64,000 bases of DNA from an uncultured Candidatus Saccharibacteria bacterium (GTDB taxonomy: Bacteria; Patescibacteriota; Minisyncoccia; Phycocordibacterales; UBA918). The DNA lies in the NCBI GenBank assembly GCA_964402035.1, contig CAYOAM010000002.1:27280-91279 (forward strand), read 5' to 3'. Shown here one piece after another: positions 59,902-64,000 of this stretch (the first letter of the stretch is position 1; each line of letters starts with the position of its first letter). The notes beneath the pieces are model-generated. The model was not told where the DNA came from and did no database searches. It was given only the letters and a program-made list of their open reading frames with translations. A program made the translations under genes and the position numbers.

Positions 59902-61824
59902 CTATCGGACAGTACCTCCCTTCGCTACAAGTGCCTCGGCAATAGTACTCATTACACCGTTTATTTCGGTATCCGTCAAAGTGCGTTCGTACGAAATAAA
60001 GACAAGGCGAAATGCGTAGGAAGTCTTCCCATCTTTTGAAAAGGTATCAAAGAGTGAGAGACGCGTGAGGAGTGGACCGGCATTAGTTGTGAGGATCGAT
60101 GCTGCAGCTTCTACTGTCATCCCCTCCGGTGCCCAAAAGGCAATGTCGCGCGACATATGGGGGTATGGTGAAAATGGCACATAGGCTACATCAGCCTTCT
60201 TTTCAAATGGAGCATATGCGGTTGGTTTTGGAAGTGTTGCAATTACTGATGTAAGAGCCGCCTCCGTAACACCTTTCTCTTGATTCCACGACAGCGATGT
60301 GCCGAATATTTTTTCTACAGCAGCTTTCCCTGCTGATAAAAGGGGATCGTCCGTTTTTGGACGATATTCACTTCCGCTCTGGGCACCGAGCGCAAGAGAA
60401 AGATGTTCGCCGTCTTTCGTAAAGACTGTACCAATTTCAAAAATCTGGATTGCGCGTACACCGACAAGGTCCGCGAGTGGTACGTTTTTTGCCAATGCTT
60501 CCCCGATGTTTGGTGTGAGTGAACTGCGCAGATATCCTTTATCTGACGCAAGCGCATTTTTGATTTTAACACTATCCTTTTCTCGGAATGAACTCGTAAA
60601 GACTTCCGAAAAACCTATCTCCGTAAGCGACGTACGCACCGCATCACTATAGAAAAACGTTGTATTCATCTCTGAGACAGGGATAGCAGACGGCACAACC
60701 GACACCACATGGTCATATCCATGCATACGTCCCACTTCTTCGATAAGATCTTCAGCGATCACCAAATCGGGGCGCTCAAACGGAGGGGCAACCAAGACTG
60801 TGTCACCTTCCCAACTATGCACATACCCAAAACGAGTAAAAATATCTGAGACCATCGCGACCGAAAGTGAAAGGCCTAATACGCTATTGATTTTTGATAG
60901 AGATACCGAAACTGGATTTTGGGTAGGAAGATTCTCTCCGGTATCAACAAAACCCACGAGTGTCCCACCACCATCCGCCAGCTGGCGGATCGGACTTTCG
61001 ACACCTTCTGTAATAAACTTTACGGCATCACGGATAGCGTACGCGGTCATGTCGGACACAATGCAATTTTCAAAACGTTGTGATGCATCGGTACGCAATT
61101 TCAAACGCTGTGAGGTTTTGCGGATAGCAATCGGATCAAAGTGTGCGGATTCGATAATAATCTCAGTAGTACTCTGGTCAACTTCCGCTACCTTCCCACC
61201 TTTCACTCCCGCAATACCGATAGCTACGTTATTGCCGCCATCAACAATAACAGTATCCGTTGCTGTAAGAGTGTATGTCTCTCCCGTGAGCGAGGTGATC
61301 TTCTCTCCCTCAACTGCTTGCCGCACACCGATCTTCAATGTCGAAAGTTTTCGGGCGTCAAAAGCATGGAGTGGCTGACCAATGCCGAGCATCACATAGT
61401 TGGTGATATCGACGATGTTGTTGATCGAGCGTTGACCAAGTGCAACCAACCGCTTTTGAAGCCACTCTGGCGATGGAGCAATCTTGATCCCCGTGAGGTG
61501 TGCTGCGATATACCGTGTACATACAGGGGTTGCGATTTCAATTGAAAGATTTTTTGAGAGTGGTTCAAGGATCGGAAGATGTCGCAGTGGATCGCGTTCT
61601 AACGGAACATTCAAAATAACCGAAAGATCTTTTGCGATACCGCGATGCGAGAGTGCCCATGCACTTTTGTCAGGCAATACTTTAATATCAAAAACGGTGT
61701 CGTTATCCTTTTCAACAACCTCCTCTACTTCCCATGCATGGAAGGTAAAAGCTTCTTCCACCTTTGCAGGAGATGGGAGTGTGCCGTTAAAAAATTCGTT
61801 GAGGCTATTATAAGAAATTTTCAT
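59902..61824 (-). CDS. pheT: Phenylalanine--tRNA ligase beta subunit (lacks B2 OB domain)
   Basis: NNIVDITNYV, QPLHAFD, DLIEEVGR, C-terminal FDX-ACB (RDIAF..RTLTD). Confidence 0.94.
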   Translation of the reverse strand: MKISYNSLNEFFNGTLPSPAKVEEAFTFHAWEVEEVVEKDNDTVFDIKVLPDKSAWALSHRGIAKDLSVILNVPLERDPLRHLPILEPLSKNLSIEIATPVCTRYIAAHLTGIKIAPSPEWLQKRLVALGQRSINNIVDITNYVMLGIGQPLHAFDARKLSTLKIGVRQAVEGEKITSLTGETYTLTATDTVIVDGGNNVAIGIAGVKGGKVAEVDQSTTEIIIESAHFDPIAIRKTSQRLKLRTDASQRFENCIVSDMTAYAIRDAVKFITEGVESPIRQLADGGGTLVGFVDTGENLPTQNPVSVSLSKINSVLGLSLSVAMVSDIFTRFGYVHSWEGDTVLVAPPFERPDLVIAEDLIEEVGRMHGYDHVVSVVPSAIPVSEMNTTFFYSDAVRTSLTEIGFSEVFTSSFREKDSVKIKNALASDKGYLRSSLTPNIGEALAKNVPLADLVGVRAIQIFEIGTVFTKDGEHLSLALGAQSGSEYRPKTDDPLLSAGKAAVEKIFGTSLSWNQEKGVTEAALTSVIATLPKPTAYAPFEKKADVAYVPFSPYPHMSRDIAFWAPEGMTVEAAASILTTNAGPLLTRLSLFDTFSKDGKTSYAFRLVFISYERTLTDTEINGVMSTIAEALVAKGGTVR

Positions 61825-61838
61825 AGATTCTATTCAAA

Positions 61839-62567
61839 TCAAAATTGAGATACAACCCTTAAATCACCATTATAGAAAAGTCGTACATCATCGACGCCGT
61901 ATTTCATCACGGCCAAACGATCAATGCCCATCCCAAATGCAAAACCTTGGTACACCGCAGGGTCGATACCTGCATCACGAATGACATTGGGGTGCACCAT
62001 CCCTGCCCCCATGATCTCTATCCAACGATCTTTGAGTTTTGCCGGTGCACCTTCGCCCGTAAGTCTCATATCAACTTCAAGCCCGGGCTCCACAAAGGGG
62101 AAGAAACTTGGTCGAAGCCTCACTTCTACATTGCCACCAAAAAATCGTTTGAAGAAATACTCAAGCGTACCTTTGAGATGCCCGAGCGATACATCACGAT
62201 CAATCATAAGTCCCTCAAGTTGGTAAAACTGCGCCTCATGCGTCATATCGGTCGCTTCATTGCGAAATACTTTCCCCGGGACAATGACGCGGATTGGTTG
62301 ACCTTCACGTGGCGGATGTGTTTCCATGTAGCGTACTTGCACGGGACTTGTGTGCGTACGCAAGACCATGTCGTCCTTGTTTTCAATATAAAACGTATCC
62401 TGCATGTCGCGTGATGGGTGATCTTTGGGGACATTGAGTTTGTCAAAATTGTATGAGATGAGTTCCATCTCCGGCCCCTCAGCAAACACAAAACCAAGCT
62501 CACTAAAAATCGCGTTGATCTCGCGAATCATGAGTGAAATAGGATGCGTATGTCCTTTGTTTTCCAT
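61839..62567 (-). CDS. pheS: Phenylalanine--tRNA ligase alpha subunit (N-terminally truncated)
   Basis: HPSRDMQDTF, LRTHTS, FFPFVEP, GAGMVHP, FGMGIDR. Confidence 0.96.
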   Translation of the reverse strand: MENKGHTHPISLMIREINAIFSELGFVFAEGPEMELISYNFDKLNVPKDHPSRDMQDTFYIENKDDMVLRTHTSPVQVRYMETHPPREGQPIRVIVPGKVFRNEATDMTHEAQFYQLEGLMIDRDVSLGHLKGTLEYFFKRFFGGNVEVRLRPSFFPFVEPGLEVDMRLTGEGAPAKLKDRWIEIMGAGMVHPNVIRDAGIDPAVYQGFAFGMGIDRLAVMKYGVDDVRLFYNGDLRVVSQF

Positions 62568-62576
62568 AGACTAATA

Positions 62577-63743
62577 CTACTCGAACATCACCTCATAAAA
62601 AAGTGTACCATCGTACACGACAACGTGCCCGTTATACACGCGAGCTTCGAGCCCTTCGCCCTCTATAATAGGCTGCGCATTTTGCCACGAGCGATCATCA
62701 ATCTCGACGACATACACACCACTATCAAGAACCACCATCACAAGATCACTGCTACCCGGGAAAAAATCAAAATATTTTACGCTCTGTCCTTTTCGATCAA
62801 TCAATATTTCTGGTGTACATTCCTCATCAGCGGGCACTGTCTGAACTGGCGGATTGAGGAGGGCATCCATTTTTTCCTTTTCAATTTTGTTTTGAATGAT
62901 CGGTATCGCAGCCTGCTTGTCGCCATCGAGCATACTCACATCTCTTGCTGGTAGTGCCTCAAACTCTTTTGCACAGTAGTAATATGGCATTCCTTCTCGG
63001 GTACCAATCCATGTAGCCATAACATCGTCACCACGTTCGCTTAATCGAACACTGTTGTATTCCTTTGCTGTCGTTGCAACTGACGACGAGGATGTGAGTG
63101 AACCTGCCGTACCCAATGTCGTTTCAATACGCTCTACGACGCCGCGTGTTTTTGGAATGATGACCTCTTCGATACCGAATACTTTTCTAAGATCGGTATA
63201 TTCTTGATTGGCAACAAGTGTCGACGTAGCTTTGGTTGTTGTCGCTGTCAACGCTTCTGTTGACGACGCATACCGGAGGAGCGGAATATCAATCATTTTT
63301 GCAAAAACTACGGGCGATCCTGTCGCCGTCTCATACTGCGCCATCGGTCGCACGTTTGGTACCAACGGCAGGTTAAATGACTGCACCTCCGTAACCAAGT
63401 ATGAGTACACCGGTAGCTCCTTTACCCATGTATGGAAACCTTCCTTCTGTACATGCACACGATGCGTCCCCGGATTAATATTCTGCGCATAAAATGCTTT
63501 TCTAAATACTCGCGTCTCTCGCACCAGTGCATCATCAATATAAATCTCAACGCCCGTCTCATCGGCTGCAATAAAAAGACCTCCGGTTGAGACAAAGTTC
63601 ATGTTTTCGCTCCATGCAAAGCGATATCCTGTTGCGTATAAATACAACAATGGAATCGCTACAACAAACAAAAACAGGAGCAACCAAAAAAAATTGCGGC
63701 GTTTCTCTTTGGCAAATGGTTTTATGTCGGGTTCTCCATTCAT
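62577..63743 (-). CDS. Membrane protein with PEGA-like domain
   Basis: TM, YATGYR, TGGLFI..IYIDD..PGTHRVHVQKEGFHTWVK. Confidence 0.75.
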   Translation of the reverse strand: MNGEPDIKPFAKEKRRNFFWLLLFLFVVAIPLLYLYATGYRFAWSENMNFVSTGGLFIAADETGVEIYIDDALVRETRVFRKAFYAQNINPGTHRVHVQKEGFHTWVKELPVYSYLVTEVQSFNLPLVPNVRPMAQYETATGSPVVFAKMIDIPLLRYASSTEALTATTTKATSTLVANQEYTDLRKVFGIEEVIIPKTRGVVERIETTLGTAGSLTSSSSVATTAKEYNSVRLSERGDDVMATWIGTREGMPYYYCAKEFEALPARDVSMLDGDKQAAIPIIQNKIEKEKMDALLNPPVQTVPADEECTPEILIDRKGQSVKYFDFFPGSSDLVMVVLDSGVYVVEIDDRSWQNAQPIIEGEGLEARVYNGHVVVYDGTLFYEVMFE

Positions 63744-64000
63744 ATTGATACACCTCCTTTTACACTACGATGTTTTGGTGTCACCCAGAACCCCATATAC
63801 TTGCCGAGCATCAGACGTGTTTGAGCATCAAGTCCCGGGAGGGCACTAAACACGATCATCGTCACAGGTATAAGAAGCCATTGTAGCGCCATCATAACGT
63901 AGTGTAAACGACTCTTCTTTTCAGGGCGTTTTGGAATAAGCGTAAGTGAGATGAGTGACGAGATCACCAAACCAAACATCGCAAAGATGAGAAGATTGCG
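63740..64000 (-). CDS. C-terminus of a membrane glycosyltransferase (GT2-like), partial
   Basis: TM helices and QW..P....PGLDAQTRLM.G....FWVTPK terminus; 5' part outside the window. Confidence 0.6.
   Translation of the reverse strand, partial: RNLLIFAMFGLVISSLISLTLIPKRPEKKSRLHYVMMALQWLLIPVTMIVFSALPGLDAQTRLMLGKYMGFWVTPKHRSVKGGVSI

Noticed and set aside
1-64000. Alternative genetic code (TGA=Gly), tRNA/rRNA, prophage or defence island
   Set aside because: TGA ends conserved genes at expected lengths (dnaE, rnc, pheS); no cloverleaf, rRNA, integrase or phage genes were recognised.

Overview
A mostly core-genome 64-kb stretch whose gene content points to a Candidate Phyla Radiation (Patescibacteria, probably Parcubacteria) bacterium. 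The evidence is truncated PheS/PheT/ThrS, rpsP-khpA-trmD without rimM, a short SMC, a NusB-NUDIX fusion and many acidic surface proteins; the taxonomy is inference. Housekeeping genes include truB, rpmG, a class I aldolase, prmC, hisS, uppP, a UvrD-like helicase-nuclease, rpoB-rpoC-dnaG-rpoD, trmD, rpsP, rnr, smc, rnc, nusB, rpmF, rnhB, dnaE, thrS, gyrB and pheST. No rRNA, tRNA, CRISPR array or transposase was seen. Most notable: (1) a sortase near a 1075-aa Ig-repeat surface protein whose IPYTG-TM-KR sorting-like signal is internal and is followed by a ~290-aa cytoplasmic tail resembling clamp-loader lid/collar helices; (2) at least four families of dispersed palindromic or structured repeats, two with covarying stems and some inserted in-frame in genes; (3) a very compact Thr T-box; (4) apparently leaderless core genes contrasting with Shine-Dalgarno-led orphan genes.
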